Positions 8,281-19,328 of a stretch of DNA of 64,000 nt are shown here, in pieces. The notes below the pieces were generated by a model that was not told the DNA's origin, did no database searches, and saw nothing but the letters and a program-made list of their open reading frames with translations. The DNA lies in NCBI GenBank assembly GCA_029260165.1, contig JAJDDT010000009.1, forward strand, positions 29,074 to 93,073, in the 5' to 3' direction. Each line of letters begins with the position of its first letter. The stretch's first letter is position 1. Made by a program: the position numbers and the translations under genes. Origin of the DNA: Phycisphaerae bacterium. Its GTDB lineage: Bacteria; Planctomycetota; Phycisphaerae; UBA1845.

Positions 8281-9616
8281 CGACAGGTCCGGGTTCCCAC
8301 ATGGCGACGGTGACTGCGACGAAAATGGCGACGAATGGGGCGGTCAGATCAGGCGTTCGTGTGTATGAGAGGAGCTGGAAAAATTCGCCCAAACAGGCTG
8401 TCATTGTGACGACGGGGACGATCGCGACGAGGCGATAAGAGCGAGGTTTGGTGCCAATCGCCAGTCGCAGCAGGGTGGCCATCATTGCGAACTGCGTCAG
8501 GTATTCAGCCATGTCTGCCATGGCGGTGGAGAAGGGGCGGTGGAATTGTGCGGCCAGGGGCAGTTGGCGAAGACTGGCTGGTTGGATGTTGGTCCACGAC
8601 AGATCGAAAGGGGTCGCGCCGGCGACGAGCATGACGACGATCATGACGCCGCCCAGGGTCGCGAGAACGGGGCGCAACGGCAGCCGGGGGATTGGGTATG
8701 CAACCGCGACTATTGATGCACCGATAAATCCACCCGACAGCGCGGAAAACATATCCATGAGTTCAAATGCGTGTGACATGACGAAAAGTTGCAAAAGCTC
8801 AATGGTCAACGCGACGGCGAGGATTTCGACAAACGCGGTCGAGGCAGCCGCCCGTGGCCGACGGCGTTCAAAAATGATCTTTGACGGACGTTGGAATCTG
8901 ACGATCGTCGCGACAAAGCCGAGGACTGAGAACTGGACAGCATAGATGGACCAGTCAAACCATGCGGAAATCCTTGCGGCGGGCGTATCGAGCTGCGATG
9001 CCCATCCCGTCAGAGGCCAGAGGTTGGATTGCCTGAGCGACGCGCGAAGCTGGCTTGTCGAGGTGATGATGTCGAACGGAGCCAAATGATAGACAACAAG
9101 TCCGACGGCACCGGCGGCGGCGAGTTTCGTGAGGGGCTTGTGACGAACGGAACGGAGCACGCCGATGCGGACCGCCCGAACATATTGACCGTTGGCACCG
9201 AGGAGTGCGCCCAGAAATCCACCCAACGTGTTGTTGCAGACGTCGGTCCATGAGGATACGCGGATCGACATCATCGTCTGCACCCACTCGAAAGTAATCG
9301 ACGTGGCAAATACCAGGGTCGTCACCAACAGGACCAACCGAATTCGACGCGCTATGAAAACACGAGCCGATAATGCCAACAGAAATCCGAATGGAATATA
9401 GGCCAACAGGTTTGAAACGATATCCTGGGTTGGCGATCCACCCCATTGGAATAATCGCAGTCCGTACCAGTTTGCGGCACCGACCATCGGTACATTGAAC
9501 GAAAACGGCAGCAGACTGACCACGGCGATGCCGGCTGTGACGATCACTGTGCACCAGAGTATGGTCGGCGACCAGTCGTGCTCCCGGATGATTGTCTTTC
9601 CACGCAACCGCTTCAA
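8243..9616 (-). CDS. polytopic membrane protein with two VanZ-like repeats
   Basis: TTG start with GGAGGAGG upstream. About 12 hydrophobic segments. VanZ-like E..Q...D..N..G..G patterns occur twice (FEWVQ...SWTDVCNNTLGGFLGALLG; IELLQ...MDMFSALSGGFIGA). Confidence 0.7.
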   Translation of the reverse strand: MKRLRGKTIIREHDWSPTILWCTVIVTAGIAVVSLLPFSFNVPMVGAANWYGLRLFQWGGSPTQDIVSNLLAYIPFGFLLALSARVFIARRIRLVLLVTTLVFATSITFEWVQTMMSIRVSSWTDVCNNTLGGFLGALLGANGQYVRAVRIGVLRSVRHKPLTKLAAAGAVGLVVYHLAPFDIITSTSQLRASLRQSNLWPLTGWASQLDTPAARISAWFDWSIYAVQFSVLGFVATIVRFQRPSKIIFERRRPRAAASTAFVEILAVALTIELLQLFVMSHAFELMDMFSALSGGFIGASIVAVAYPIPRLPLRPVLATLGGVMIVVMLVAGATPFDLSWTNIQPASLRQLPLAAQFHRPFSTAMADMAEYLTQFAMMATLLRLAIGTKPRSYRLVAIVPVVTMTACLGEFFQLLSYTRTPDLTAPFVAIFVAVTVAMWEPGPVDDRQPAKTTTLR

Positions 9617-9782
9617 ATCTGCCTCCTCCCTGCATCATATGGCCCATGGTGTGGTCGGTGTCCAGTGCAAAAGAATGTGATTTTGCCTTTACGATGCGCG
9701 TCGTTCCGATAATCATGCTCCTGCTGAGCGAAACGATGAATCGCCGCGTTTTCGGGCGTGTGGAATCAAAGGAGCGTGCGGG

Positions 9783-10808
9783 ATGAAGGCATCAGTCATT
9801 CATGATTTTGGGACGCCGTCGGTGTTTTCTTATCAAGACGTCGCAACGCCCGACCCAACCGCCGGACATGTCGTCGTCAAGGTGGCTGCCTGTGGATTGA
9901 ATCGCTACGACCTCTACCTGCGAATGGGTGGGATCACGCGCGATATCAAAATGCCACACGTCATGGGCGCGGACATCACGGGAACCATCGCAGCCATCGG
10001 TGAGGGCGTCGAAGGATTTTCGGAAGGGCAACGTGTGATCGTCGCGCCCGGATTTCCGGTCGATCCGAACGACTGGGACCACGAGCCGATCAACCAGGCT
10101 CCAGGCTACGCGGTCACCGGGACGCATCAGTGGGGTGGATACGCTGAATATACCCGGATGCCGGCTCGGTTCATCATCCCCGACGAAACAGGCCTGCCAC
10201 AAGACGCGTTGGCCACCGTGCCGTTGTGCCTGACGACAGCCATGCACGCGGTCAAAACGCTCGGCGAGGTAGGCGAGCGGACGAGGGTGTTCGTCCAGGC
10301 TGGCGCGTCAGGCAGCGGGTCAATGTGCATTCAGGTCGCCAGGGCGCTTGGGGCGGAGGTCATGACAATCGTCGGATCGGAACCCAAGGTCGAGACCGCC
10401 CGATCCGTCGGAGCAGACCATGTGTTGCGACGTGGGATCGATGATCAGGTGCAACGCGTGCGGGAGTGGACCGACGGAGCGGGCGTCGACGTCGTGATCG
10501 ACAACGTCGGGTCCGAAGCGTTCCAGGCCAATATGGAATCGTTGCGTGTCGGCGGGATATTCGTGAATTTCGGTTTGGTCAGCGGATACCGCACGGAATT
10601 CAATCTGAAGAATTTCTTCTTCAGTCATCACATTCTCAAGGGTTCAATGATGGGCACCGGGCAGGAGTTGGCCGAGGGCCTGGTGCTTCTCAAATCAGGC
10701 AAAATCAAACCGGTTCTGGACAAAACATTTCCATTGCAGGACGCCGCAGCCGCACATGAGTACATCGAGTCGCGACAGGTCCGAGGGAACGTCGTGCTGA
10801 TACCGTAA
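9783..10808 (+). CDS. zinc-type alcohol dehydrogenase / NADPH:quinone oxidoreductase family (MDR superfamily)
   Basis: AAAGGAG RBS. GroES-like N-terminus (VVVKVAACGLNRYDLYLRMG) and a Rossmann region (VQAGASGSGSMCIQVARALGAEV). Confidence 0.85.
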   Translation: MKASVIHDFGTPSVFSYQDVATPDPTAGHVVVKVAACGLNRYDLYLRMGGITRDIKMPHVMGADITGTIAAIGEGVEGFSEGQRVIVAPGFPVDPNDWDHEPINQAPGYAVTGTHQWGGYAEYTRMPARFIIPDETGLPQDALATVPLCLTTAMHAVKTLGEVGERTRVFVQAGASGSGSMCIQVARALGAEVMTIVGSEPKVETARSVGADHVLRRGIDDQVQRVREWTDGAGVDVVIDNVGSEAFQANMESLRVGGIFVNFGLVSGYRTEFNLKNFFFSHHILKGSMMGTGQELAEGLVLLKSGKIKPVLDKTFPLQDAAAAHEYIESRQVRGNVVLIP

Positions 10809-10914
10809 ATTGACCGTACGGAGAAAACGAGGAACCAACCATGTGATCATGGATGCAGCTGAGGGTATCCCGTGGTGCGACTTTTGAAATTCAGATTTCG
10901 ATGGATTCTGTGAC

Positions 10915-12108
10915 ATGACGCTTCGACAGGTTGTTTTTCGGTTGATGTTGTGGGCGTTGGCATTTGCGGCGGTGGGGGGTGCGCTGGCGTCCTTGTTTCT
11001 GCGCGGTGATACGATTGGTCGTGTGATTGGGACGGGCGTGCTGATTTCGGTGGCGTGTGCCATGATGTTGCCCATTGCGCGGTTGGTCGAGAAGCCCGAC
11101 GGGCGATCGGCGGGGCTGGTCGGAATCGGCTTTATCGTGGCCGAGCTGATGGCTTCGCTCGCGTTGGTTTGGGACATTCCGCGAAAGCTCGGGGGTTGGC
11201 GTATCACGGACCGGGTGGCGATGGGTATGTTTGCATCGGCGTTGGGCGGGATTGCGATTGCGTCGATGCTTCGGTTGGCGGGGCGGCGTGAGAATCGGGC
11301 GGCGGGGATTTGGGGGACGTTTTTTGCGACGGTTGGCTGGGGCATCGGGATGGCGGGGGCCTTTGTGGGGCGGGCTCCTCAATCGGACCGGTTGTTTGGG
11401 ACTGCTCTTAATGTGGGACTGTGCGGACTGGTGTCGGCGGTTTGCCTGTTGGGTCGGACATTCCCGGGTGCGGGGATTATTCGCTGGATTGGTATCGCAT
11501 CGATCGCGATCGGTGGATGGCTTCTCGAGCGGGAGTTGTTGACTCATGGTGGGCATGGGCGTGGTTCATTTGTGGCGAGCGTGTATTTCCTGACCATCGG
11601 GGCGGCTGTGGCGACCCGTGTTCTTTTGGATTCGATCCAACTGCGCGAAGGGCAATCATGGTTGCGGCCGGGGGCGTTCTGGGGGGCGGTGGTAACCGGG
11701 TTGTTCGTGGATGTTCTCATGACGATGGACACCTATCGGGTTGGGTCGCGGACGACGACCGAACTGTTGACGCGCGTTTCCGGGGCGTCGGGGATTCTGA
11801 CCTGCTGCGGGATGTTGGCGATGCTGGTGTTGTCGCGGATGAACAAGCGTGTTGAGAGGCCCGCGGTGTTGTCGGAGTTGCGGTCTCTGGAGGTGATTTG
11901 TCCGGGTTGTGCGCAAAAGCAGGTGATCGATGTTGGCGGCGCGGTCTGTGAAAAGTGTGGATTGCGGATGCGCGTGGAAATCGCCGAACCCCGGTGTTCG
12001 CGTTGCGATTACCTCCTGTTCGGGCAGCGGTACGAGCGTTGTCCGGAGTGCGGGGACCCGGTGCGGTACGATGAAATGGCACGGATGGGTTGGGCGGGGG
12101 ATGGTTGA
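10915..12108 (+). CDS. multi-pass membrane protein with C-terminal double zinc-ribbon
   Basis: About 9 hydrophobic helices, followed by CPGC...CEKC...CSRC...CPEC. Confidence 0.6.
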   Translation: MTLRQVVFRLMLWALAFAAVGGALASLFLRGDTIGRVIGTGVLISVACAMMLPIARLVEKPDGRSAGLVGIGFIVAELMASLALVWDIPRKLGGWRITDRVAMGMFASALGGIAIASMLRLAGRRENRAAGIWGTFFATVGWGIGMAGAFVGRAPQSDRLFGTALNVGLCGLVSAVCLLGRTFPGAGIIRWIGIASIAIGGWLLERELLTHGGHGRGSFVASVYFLTIGAAVATRVLLDSIQLREGQSWLRPGAFWGAVVTGLFVDVLMTMDTYRVGSRTTTELLTRVSGASGILTCCGMLAMLVLSRMNKRVERPAVLSELRSLEVICPGCAQKQVIDVGGAVCEKCGLRMRVEIAEPRCSRCDYLLFGQRYERCPECGDPVRYDEMARMGWAGDG

Positions 12109-12232
12109 CGGGATTCGCGTTATGTCATTAACGAGCATAATCCCGTTCCACGGCGGGGGGGATGGCATTGCCTCGGCGGGACCGAACTTTCTTCCCGATC
12201 ACCGGGGCTGTGAAATTTTTCTTATTTTTCTG

Positions 12233-12261
12233 TTGAATCTCGACCGCATGATCGATAATAA
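12233..12261 (+). promoter_or_regulatory. candidate sigma70-type promoter for the ilv leader
   Basis: TTGAAT (12233-12238), 17-nt spacer, TAATAA (12256-12261), inside an AT-richer intergenic stretch. Pattern match only. Confidence 0.3.
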
Positions 12262-12277
12262 TGCGGGATTGCCCGTG

Positions 12278-12484
12278 ATGATGCGGGTTTGGATGGTTGA
12301 GAGTTTGGTGAGATTCATGCGTTCATTGGCCCACAACAGCTTTGGGACAGCCGGTACTGCTGAGGCGAGTGTTGTGCGCGCTGGAACCGTAGGTGTGGTC
12401 GGTACCCCGATCAGCCTCCTCCTTATTCTGGTACTTATTGTAGGTCGCGACATGCGACACGGGAGCAGCATGAAGCTCACCTAG
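12278..12484 (+). CDS. candidate branched-chain-amino-acid-rich leader peptide (68 codons from ATG 12278; shorter GTG/ATG starts are possible)
   Basis: The peptide ends ...VVRAGTVGVVGTPISLLLILVLIVGRDMRHGSSMKLT*. The run at 12410-12442 is 10 of 11 Ile/Leu/Val, encoded by CTT, ATT and GTA codons that look rare for this GC-rich genome. The stop lies 24 nt before a strong terminator and about 120 nt before ilvB. Confidence 0.45.
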   Translation: MMRVWMVESLVRFMRSLAHNSFGTAGTAEASVVRAGTVGVVGTPISLLLILVLIVGRDMRHGSSMKLT

Positions 12485-12507
12485 TCAGAAACCTGACTGA
12501 GAACTTC

Positions 12508-12548
12508 AAGCCGACGACCGTGTCAAAACGGTCGTCGGCTTTTTTTTA
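12508..12548 (+). terminator. rho-independent terminator / probable attenuator upstream of ilvB
   Basis: aagccgacgaccg (12508-12520), loop tgtcaaaa, cggtcgtcggctt (12529-12541): a perfect 13-bp GC-rich stem followed by T8-9. Confidence 0.8.
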
Positions 12549-12605
12549 TGCGTATGCACCGTCCCGGAACGGTGCCAAGGGCAATTTTGCAGAGGTATGA
12601 GGTAA

Positions 12606-14288
12606 ATGGCTGATCGAAGCGGGTCACAGGTTGTCGTTGACGCACTCGTGCAGGCGGGTGTTGATCTTGCGTTTGGGTACCCGGGCGGTGCGGTTTTGCC
12701 TCTGTACGACGTATTGTTGGGGTCGGGCGTACGGCACATCCTGACCCGCCACGAGCAGTCCGCCATCCACGCAGCCGACGGTTATGCGCGCTCGTCTGGA
12801 CGACTCGGTGTGTGTATTGCGACGTCGGGACCCGGTGCGACCAACCTGGTGACTGGAATTTGTACGGCGATGATGGATTCCACACCGGTTTTGTGCATCA
12901 CAGGGCAGGTCCCGTCACGGCTGATCGGAACGGACGCGTTTCAGGAAACGGACGTTTCCGGTGTTGTGACCGGAATCACGAAACAATCCTGGCTGGTCCG
13001 CAACGTTGACGAACTTCCGCAGGTGATGGCTGAGGCGATTTTCATCGCGACATCAGGTAGACCGGGACCGGTGTTGGTGGATATCCCCAAGGACGTATTG
13101 GTTGCGTCGACGGGAAAAACAAGTGTTCAGACGACATCGTTGCCTGGGTACGACCCGATGCCGGACTTCGATGGCAACGAGCTGGATCGTGCCCATCGAC
13201 TGCTCAAGGCGTCCAAACGTCCGGTGTGCATCGTGGGTGGCGGTTGTGGAATGTCGGGTGCGACCGAGCGGTTCCGACGCTGGTGCGCCGCGACGCAAGT
13301 CCCGGTGGCGACGACGTTGATGGGGATCGGGTGTGCGGGGCCTGACTACGCGGGCAGACTCGGGATGCCGGGGATGCACGGGCTTCGTCGTGCGAACCTG
13401 GCCATCAGCGATTGCGATTTGATTATTGCCATGGGAATTCGGTTTGACGATCGGGTGACGGGCCACCTGGAGCGGTTCGCCCCGGACGCAAGGATTATCC
13501 ACATTGACATTGACGCGGCGGAGATCAGCAAGATCGTTCCGGCGAACGTCGCGATCAACGGTGATCTGGACGCGGTCCTGCTGGAGTGGATGTTGCTGCT
13601 GGAATCGGACCCCGTCGAACCATTTGGACGGTGGCAGCGGGAAGCGATGGCGGTGGGCGACGGTTTGGAAACGGCGTCTGCGGCGGACTCGGGAACGATC
13701 GATTTTACCGAATTGTTGGACAGTCTGTTCGACATGATCGGGTCAGCGCCGATCGTTGCGACGGACGTGGGTCAGCATCAGATGTGGACCGCGCAGCGTG
13801 TTCGTCCGGACCATCCGCGAAAGTTTGTGTGTTCGGGCGGGCTTGGAACGATGGGATTCGGGCTTCCGTCGGCGATCGGAGCCCAATTCGCCAATCCGAA
13901 CGAAAAAGTGCTGGCTGTCGTCGGGGATGGCGGATTTCAAATGACCCTGGCTGAGCTTGCCACGGTTCGCCGTTGCAATCTACCCCTCAGGATTCTCGTG
14001 ATGGACAACAAGTATCTGGGGCTTGTGCGCCAGTGGCAGGAGATGTTTTTTGATCAGCGTTACAGCGCGGTGGACATGTCGGACAACCCCGACTTTGCGC
14101 GACTGGCGGGGGTCTACGGCCTTGGCGCGTTCACGCTTTCCGATCCGAACGAAGTGAATTCAACGTTGCAGAAATGGTGGCACTGTGATGGGCCTGCGTT
14201 GCTGCATTGTATTTGTCCTACGCAACAAAACGTCTTTCCCATGGTTCCCGCAGGCGCGGGTCTGGGGGACATGGTGGAGTCAAAATGA
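12606..14288 (+). CDS. ilvB: acetolactate synthase, large (catalytic) subunit
   Basis: GSQVVVDALVQAGVDLAFGYPGGAVLPLYD, the TPP-binding GLGTMGFGLPSAIGA...GDGGFQM region, and full-length resemblance. Confidence 0.95.
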   Translation: MADRSGSQVVVDALVQAGVDLAFGYPGGAVLPLYDVLLGSGVRHILTRHEQSAIHAADGYARSSGRLGVCIATSGPGATNLVTGICTAMMDSTPVLCITGQVPSRLIGTDAFQETDVSGVVTGITKQSWLVRNVDELPQVMAEAIFIATSGRPGPVLVDIPKDVLVASTGKTSVQTTSLPGYDPMPDFDGNELDRAHRLLKASKRPVCIVGGGCGMSGATERFRRWCAATQVPVATTLMGIGCAGPDYAGRLGMPGMHGLRRANLAISDCDLIIAMGIRFDDRVTGHLERFAPDARIIHIDIDAAEISKIVPANVAINGDLDAVLLEWMLLLESDPVEPFGRWQREAMAVGDGLETASAADSGTIDFTELLDSLFDMIGSAPIVATDVGQHQMWTAQRVRPDHPRKFVCSGGLGTMGFGLPSAIGAQFANPNEKVLAVVGDGGFQMTLAELATVRRCNLPLRILVMDNKYLGLVRQWQEMFFDQRYSAVDMSDNPDFARLAGVYGLGAFTLSDPNEVNSTLQKWWHCDGPALLHCICPTQQNVFPMVPAGAGLGDMVESK

Positions 14289-14563
14289 TGAAAATCCTTA
14301 CGTTTGCCCTGGTCCTTCGGCGCATGTCAGCGCTGACCAACGTGTTCATGCTCTGTCAACGACTTGGTGGAACGATGACCTACATCTCCGCCGCCGACGG
14401 GAGGGCCAACATTGTTGTGTCGGCACCTCAGCGATCAGCCCATCGCTTCGCACCGCAGTTGAGGAGGATCATGGACGTTCTCGAATTGATCGAACTGCAC
14501 GCGGCCGGCGTGAACGGTTCGGTGCGCGCGTCCGACGCGGAACCGGTGCGGTGTCGCGCATAG
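14285..14563 (+). CDS. ilvN: acetolactate synthase small (regulatory) subunit, short IlvM/IlvN-like ACT protein
   Basis: The ATG overlaps the ilvB TGA (ATGA). It is 92 aa. The ACT-like pattern ILTFALVLRR...ALTNVFMLCQRLGGTMTYISAA...ANIVVSA...QLRRIMDVLEL resembles E. coli IlvM. Divergent, so only moderate confidence. Confidence 0.65.
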   Translation: MMKILTFALVLRRMSALTNVFMLCQRLGGTMTYISAADGRANIVVSAPQRSAHRFAPQLRRIMDVLELIELHAAGVNGSVRASDAEPVRCRA

Positions 14564-14599
14564 AAGCTTGTTGAGAGGAAAGAAACAGGAGAGTTTGTG

Positions 14600-15733
14600 A
14601 TGAAAGTCTTGTACGACGTGGATTGTCGCGCGGAGGCGCTTGCGGGCAAGCGTATTGCGGTCATTGGGTTCGGGTCGCAGGGTCATGCCCATGCCTTGAA
14701 CCTTCGCGACAGTGGACATGATGTTGTTGTTGGCTTGCGCCCCGAGAGCCGTTCGCGCGTTTCAGCAGAGGCAGCCGGGCTGAAGGTTTATGACACGGCT
14801 GAGGCGGTTCGACGGGCCGATGTTGTGATGGTGTTGATTCCGGATGAGCTTCAGCCGGAAATCTACAGGAAGGATATCGGACCAAACCTGAAACCTGGGG
14901 CGGTGCTCGCGTTTGCGCACGGGTTCTGCATCCATTTCAAGAAAATCGTTCCAGAGGCTGGGATCAACGTATTCATGGTGGCTCCAAAGGGTCCGGGTCA
15001 CCTGGTTCGACGCGAGTACGAGAGCGGAAAGGGCGTGCCGTGTTTGCTGGCGGTGCATCAGGATCCGTCGGGAGACACGCGTGAGATCGGATTGGCGTAC
15101 GCATGTGGGGTTGGCGGCGGTCGCGTGGGGATACTGGAGACCACGTTTCGAGAAGAGACGGAGACGGACTTGTTCGGTGAGCAGGCTGTTCTGTGCGGAG
15201 GTCTTACGGAGCTGATTCGTGCGGGGTACGAAACGCTTACCGAGGCTGGTTACGCACCGGAGATGGCCTACTTCGAGTGTTTGCACGAGGTGAAGCTCAT
15301 CGTGGATTTGATTTACGAGCAGGGAATCACAGGGATGCGACACTCGATCAGCAACACGGCGGAATACGGCGATTTGACCCGCGGAAAACGCGTGATCGGT
15401 GAGGCGACCCGCCAATCGATGCGGAAGCTTCTGGTGGAAATCCAATCGGGTGCGTTCGCCGACGAATGGATGGCGGAGTGCGCGGCTGGCAAGGCGAAGA
15501 TGAAGGCAGCCGCTGATCGGGAGGCAGCGCACCCTGTGGAGCAGATCGGGCGGCAGCTTCGCGGGATGATGCCGTGGCTTATGGAAAAATCCCAGGCGGT
15601 TAATCGGTCCGCACCGCAGTCGCTTAATGGTGATGTTCCGTTCCCGTCCGCGCGGGGGTTGGATTACTGTTTGAAGATGACGAGTTCGCCCGCAACGCGA
15701 CATCGCGCTGGCGGAAAGCAGGGAGTTGGTTGA
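14600..15733 (+). CDS. ilvC: ketol-acid reductoisomerase (class I) with a ~45-aa C-terminal extension
   Basis: [34 protein letters not shown] Rossmann motif. A GTG at 14597 is also possible. Confidence 0.95.
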   Translation: MKVLYDVDCRAEALAGKRIAVIGFGSQGHAHALNLRDSGHDVVVGLRPESRSRVSAEAAGLKVYDTAEAVRRADVVMVLIPDELQPEIYRKDIGPNLKPGAVLAFAHGFCIHFKKIVPEAGINVFMVAPKGPGHLVRREYESGKGVPCLLAVHQDPSGDTREIGLAYACGVGGGRVGILETTFREETETDLFGEQAVLCGGLTELIRAGYETLTEAGYAPEMAYFECLHEVKLIVDLIYEQGITGMRHSISNTAEYGDLTRGKRVIGEATRQSMRKLLVEIQSGAFADEWMAECAAGKAKMKAAADREAAHPVEQIGRQLRGMMPWLMEKSQAVNRSAPQSLNGDVPFPSARGLDYCLKMTSSPATRHRAGGKQGVG

Positions 15734-17326
15734 ATGAGCGACCGCATCTACATTTTTGACACAACGTTACGCGACGGAGAGCAGTCGCCAAGGGCAACGT
15801 TGGATGCGGAAGCCAAGCTGGAAATCGCGCATCAACTTGCTCGATTGGGTGTCGATGTGATCGAAGCTGGTTTTCCTGCAGCCTCACCGGGCGATCTGGA
15901 AGCGGTCAAATCTATCGCGGAGCACGTTGGTACAGCGAACGGTCCGACGATCACCGGCCTCGCCCGGACGACACGCGGCGATATCGACAAATGTTGGCAG
16001 GCGGTGAAGCCGGCGGTTCGGCCACGCATCCATACGTTCATCGCGACCTCCGACGTTCATCTCAAATACAAGCTGCAGATGAGCAGGTCGCAGGTTCTCA
16101 ATCGTACTGGTGAGATGGTGACGTACGCGCGTGGTTATTGCGCCGACGTCGAATTCAGTGCGGAAGACGCGAGCCGCACCGATCCCGTGTTTTTGCACGA
16201 GGTTCTTGCGGCTGCGATCGAAGCGGGTGCCACCACGTTGAACATACCCGATACGGTGGGTTACGCGCAACCTGCGGAGCTTGCCGAGATGGTTCAGCGT
16301 GTGATCGAGAACGTCTCGGGGATGGACCGATGTATTTTGTCCGTGCATTGTCACGACGATTTGGGGCTTGCTGTCGCCAACACGATGGCGGGTTTGCAGG
16401 CTGGTGCTCGGCAGGTGGAGTGTACGATCAACGGGATCGGCGAGCGTGCGGGCAATGCTGCGCTCGAGGAGATCGTGATGGCGTTGCACACTCGGGGGGA
16501 GTGGTATGGGCTGCACTCGGAGTTGGACACAACGCAGTTGACGCGAATCAGCCATCTGGTGGCGGCGAGAACGGGGATTTCCGTTCCGCCGAACAAGGCG
16601 ATTATTGGTGCGAACGCGTTTTCGCACGAAGCGGGTATTCATCAGGACGGTGTGCTCAAGCACAGTGCGACCTACGAAATCATGAGGCCTGAGACCGTCG
16701 GGCTGACGCAGAGTCGGTTGGTGCTGGGCAAGCATTCCGGGCGTCATGCCTTGCGAAAACGCCTTGAGGAAATTGGCTATGTCGAGCTAACCGATGATCA
16801 GACCGATCGCGCCTTCGCGCGTTTCAAGCAACTGGCGGACAAAAAGAAGACGGTGACCGAAGCCGATCTGGAAGCGTTGATTGCCGACGAGTTTCAGCAA
16901 CCTGAAGCGTTGTTCGTGTTGCACGGCGTGCATGTGTCGTGTGGTTCGCCGTCGATTCCCACCGCGAGTGTCTCGATCACGCTTCCCAACGGTGAATGCG
17001 AAACGCGTGCGTCGACCGGCAGCGGTCCCGTTGACGCCATCTTTTCTGCGGTGAATCAAATTGTTCGGGTCGAGGCGGAGCTGTTGGAGTATGTGGTGCA
17101 TGCGGTCAGCGGTGGCGTCGACGCGCTCGGGGAGGTGACGGTGCGGATTCGCGGATGCGGCGAGAACGCCCGGACGCTTAGCGGACACGGTGCCGATACG
17201 GATATTCTGGTGGCCAGCGCGAAGGCGTATGTGGCTGCCATCAACAAACTTTCGCGTGCACCGACGCCGGTTTGTTCGGTGTCCGGCAGCGATCTCAACG
17301 TTGAAACAGTGGCGGTTTCCTCATGA
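15734..17326 (+). CDS. leuA: 2-isopropylmalate synthase
   Basis: [28 protein letters not shown], and a C-terminal LeuA dimerisation/regulatory domain. The start directly abuts the ilvC stop. Confidence 0.95.
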   Translation: MSDRIYIFDTTLRDGEQSPRATLDAEAKLEIAHQLARLGVDVIEAGFPAASPGDLEAVKSIAEHVGTANGPTITGLARTTRGDIDKCWQAVKPAVRPRIHTFIATSDVHLKYKLQMSRSQVLNRTGEMVTYARGYCADVEFSAEDASRTDPVFLHEVLAAAIEAGATTLNIPDTVGYAQPAELAEMVQRVIENVSGMDRCILSVHCHDDLGLAVANTMAGLQAGARQVECTINGIGERAGNAALEEIVMALHTRGEWYGLHSELDTTQLTRISHLVAARTGISVPPNKAIIGANAFSHEAGIHQDGVLKHSATYEIMRPETVGLTQSRLVLGKHSGRHALRKRLEEIGYVELTDDQTDRAFARFKQLADKKKTVTEADLEALIADEFQQPEALFVLHGVHVSCGSPSIPTASVSITLPNGECETRASTGSGPVDAIFSAVNQIVRVEAELLEYVVHAVSGGVDALGEVTVRIRGCGENARTLSGHGADTDILVASAKAYVAAINKLSRAPTPVCSVSGSDLNVETVAVSS

Positions 17327-18696
17327 AGATGACGTTGACGGAGAAAATTCTCGCTCGCGCGTCGGAGGTTTCCCATGTGATTCCGGGCGACAGCGCCATG
17401 GTCTCTGTGGATATTCTGATGACGCACGACGTGTGCGGGCCCGGCACGATCGGCGTGTTCAAGCGCGAGTTCGGTGAAGACGCTCGCGTCTGGGATCCCG
17501 AAAAACTGGTGATCATTCCAGATCACTACATTTTCACGTCCGATAGCCGCTCGAATCGCAACGTGGACATCCTCCGCGAGTTCGTGGCTGATCAGGGCGT
17601 GCGCTATTTCTACGACGTGATTGACGACGGCGGCGTGTGGCGTTTCGATCCGAACAAGAGCCTCGCTCTTCCGCAATACGGCGAGCAATACGCTGGGGTG
17701 TGTCACATCGCGTTACCTGAGAAGGGTCATACCCGTCCCGGCGAGGTGCTCGTGGGGACGGACTCGCATACCTGCACCGCTGGCGCGTTCGGCGAATTCG
17801 CCACCGGTATCGGAAATACCGATGCCGCGTTCGTTATGGGCACGGGCAGGATTCTGCTTCGAATACCGGAGACGATGTACTTTCGGCTGGTAGGTGAGTT
17901 GTCCGGAGGGGTCATGGCCAAGGACATCATTTTGCACATCATCGGCGACATCGGGTTCGACGGCGCGACGTACAAAGCCATGCAATTCGGCGGTGAAGGT
18001 GTTGCGGCGATGTCAATGGAAGATCGGATGACCGTCGCGAACATGGGCGTTGAAGCAGGGGCGAAGAATGCGGTGTTCGAGGCTGACGCACGCACGCACG
18101 CGTTTGTCGATGCGGCAGCTCAAGCCAACGGGACAGTGCGACCCTACGAGACAATCGAGCCTGACGTTGGCGCGCGATATGTGTACGAATCGACAGTCGA
18201 TCTCTCATCGCTCGAACCCACCGTGGCGATGCATCCGGACCCGAGCCAAAGGACGACAGCGCATGCGTGTCGCGACGTCAAGCTGGATCGCGCCTACATC
18301 GGGTCGTGTACGGGTGGAAAAACAGGCGATTTTGAAGCGTTCGCCCGCGTTGTGCGCGGCAAACGAGTGGTCATCGATACGTTTGGTGTGCCCGCAACGC
18401 CGCAGGTGGTCAGGGAGTTAAAGGCGACAGAGAACGGTGGCAGGAGTGCGTGGGACGTTCTTGTAGAGGCAGGGGTGAACATGACCGTCAGTGCCGGGTG
18501 TGCTGCGTGTCTGGGCGGTCCGTCCGACACGTTTGGCCGACTCAACGAGCCGCTGAGTTGCATCAGTACGACGAATCGTAATTTTCCGGGACGCATGGGA
18601 CACCCTGACGCACGCATTCATCTGGCTAGTCCGTACACGGTGGCCGCGTCTGCGTTGGCGGGTCACATCGCCGACCCGCGAGACTACCTGGAATGA
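17323..18696 (+). CDS. leuC: 3-isopropylmalate dehydratase large subunit
   Basis: ATGA overlap with leuA. Aconitase-family motifs: [27 protein letters not shown]. Confidence 0.9.
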   Translation: MKMTLTEKILARASEVSHVIPGDSAMVSVDILMTHDVCGPGTIGVFKREFGEDARVWDPEKLVIIPDHYIFTSDSRSNRNVDILREFVADQGVRYFYDVIDDGGVWRFDPNKSLALPQYGEQYAGVCHIALPEKGHTRPGEVLVGTDSHTCTAGAFGEFATGIGNTDAAFVMGTGRILLRIPETMYFRLVGELSGGVMAKDIILHIIGDIGFDGATYKAMQFGGEGVAAMSMEDRMTVANMGVEAGAKNAVFEADARTHAFVDAAAQANGTVRPYETIEPDVGARYVYESTVDLSSLEPTVAMHPDPSQRTTAHACRDVKLDRAYIGSCTGGKTGDFEAFARVVRGKRVVIDTFGVPATPQVVRELKATENGGRSAWDVLVEAGVNMTVSAGCAACLGGPSDTFGRLNEPLSCISTTNRNFPGRMGHPDARIHLASPYTVAASALAGHIADPRDYLE

Positions 18697-19328
18697 TGAG
18701 GGAAGGAACTATTGTCGCTATGGAATGTGATGACGTGCAATCTGTGGGACGAAGGGACTGTGCAATGGACGATACGATCGTGGGAAAAGTTTATGTGGTG
18801 GGTGACAACATCGACACCGACCAGATCATTCCGGCGGAATATTTGTCGCTCGTTCCCACTATTCCGCAGGAGTACCAGCAACTCGGAACGTATGCGCTGC
18901 GCGGATTACCTGCAGATCAGTATCCACAGCGGTTGATGGAACCCGAGAGTGTGCGGTCGGACTACACCGTGATCATCGCGGGTCGCAATTTCGGTTGCGG
19001 TTCGTCACGCGAGCACGCGCCGATTGCGCTGGGGGCGGCTGGTATCCGCATCGTGATCGCCGAATCGTTTGCCCGGATATTCTTTCGCAACTGTGTCGCC
19101 ACCGGGGAATTGTACCCGATCGAATCCCAATACCGATTGTGTGACGATTTCAGGACCGGGGACAGGGTCGAGGTCAATCTGACCGCTTCGCAGCTTCGTA
19201 CCGATGGATCCGTAGCCATGTTCCCACTCAAACCGCTCGGTGAGGTCGAGGAAGTTGTCGCTGCGGGCGGATTGTTCGCGTACGCCCGTCGCAAGGGTTG
19301 GGTTCAACAACCGGCAGTGGTGTCATGA
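18693..19328 (+). CDS. leuD: 3-isopropylmalate dehydratase small subunit (start may be the internal ATG at 18765)
   Basis: ATGA overlap with leuC. GKVYVVGDNIDTDQIIPAEYL and GRNFGCGSSREHAP. Confidence 0.9.
   Translation: MMREGTIVAMECDDVQSVGRRDCAMDDTIVGKVYVVGDNIDTDQIIPAEYLSLVPTIPQEYQQLGTYALRGLPADQYPQRLMEPESVRSDYTVIIAGRNFGCGSSREHAPIALGAAGIRIVIAESFARIFFRNCVATGELYPIESQYRLCDDFRTGDRVEVNLTASQLRTDGSVAMFPLKPLGEVEEVVAAGGLFAYARRKGWVQQPAVVS

Noticed and set aside
11930-12484. 184-aa ORF spanning the end of the membrane/zinc-ribbon gene and the ilv leader
   Set aside because: Its 5' half overlaps the 10915-12108 gene out of frame and has no coding character. Only the 3' end, from about 12278, is retained as a candidate leader peptide.
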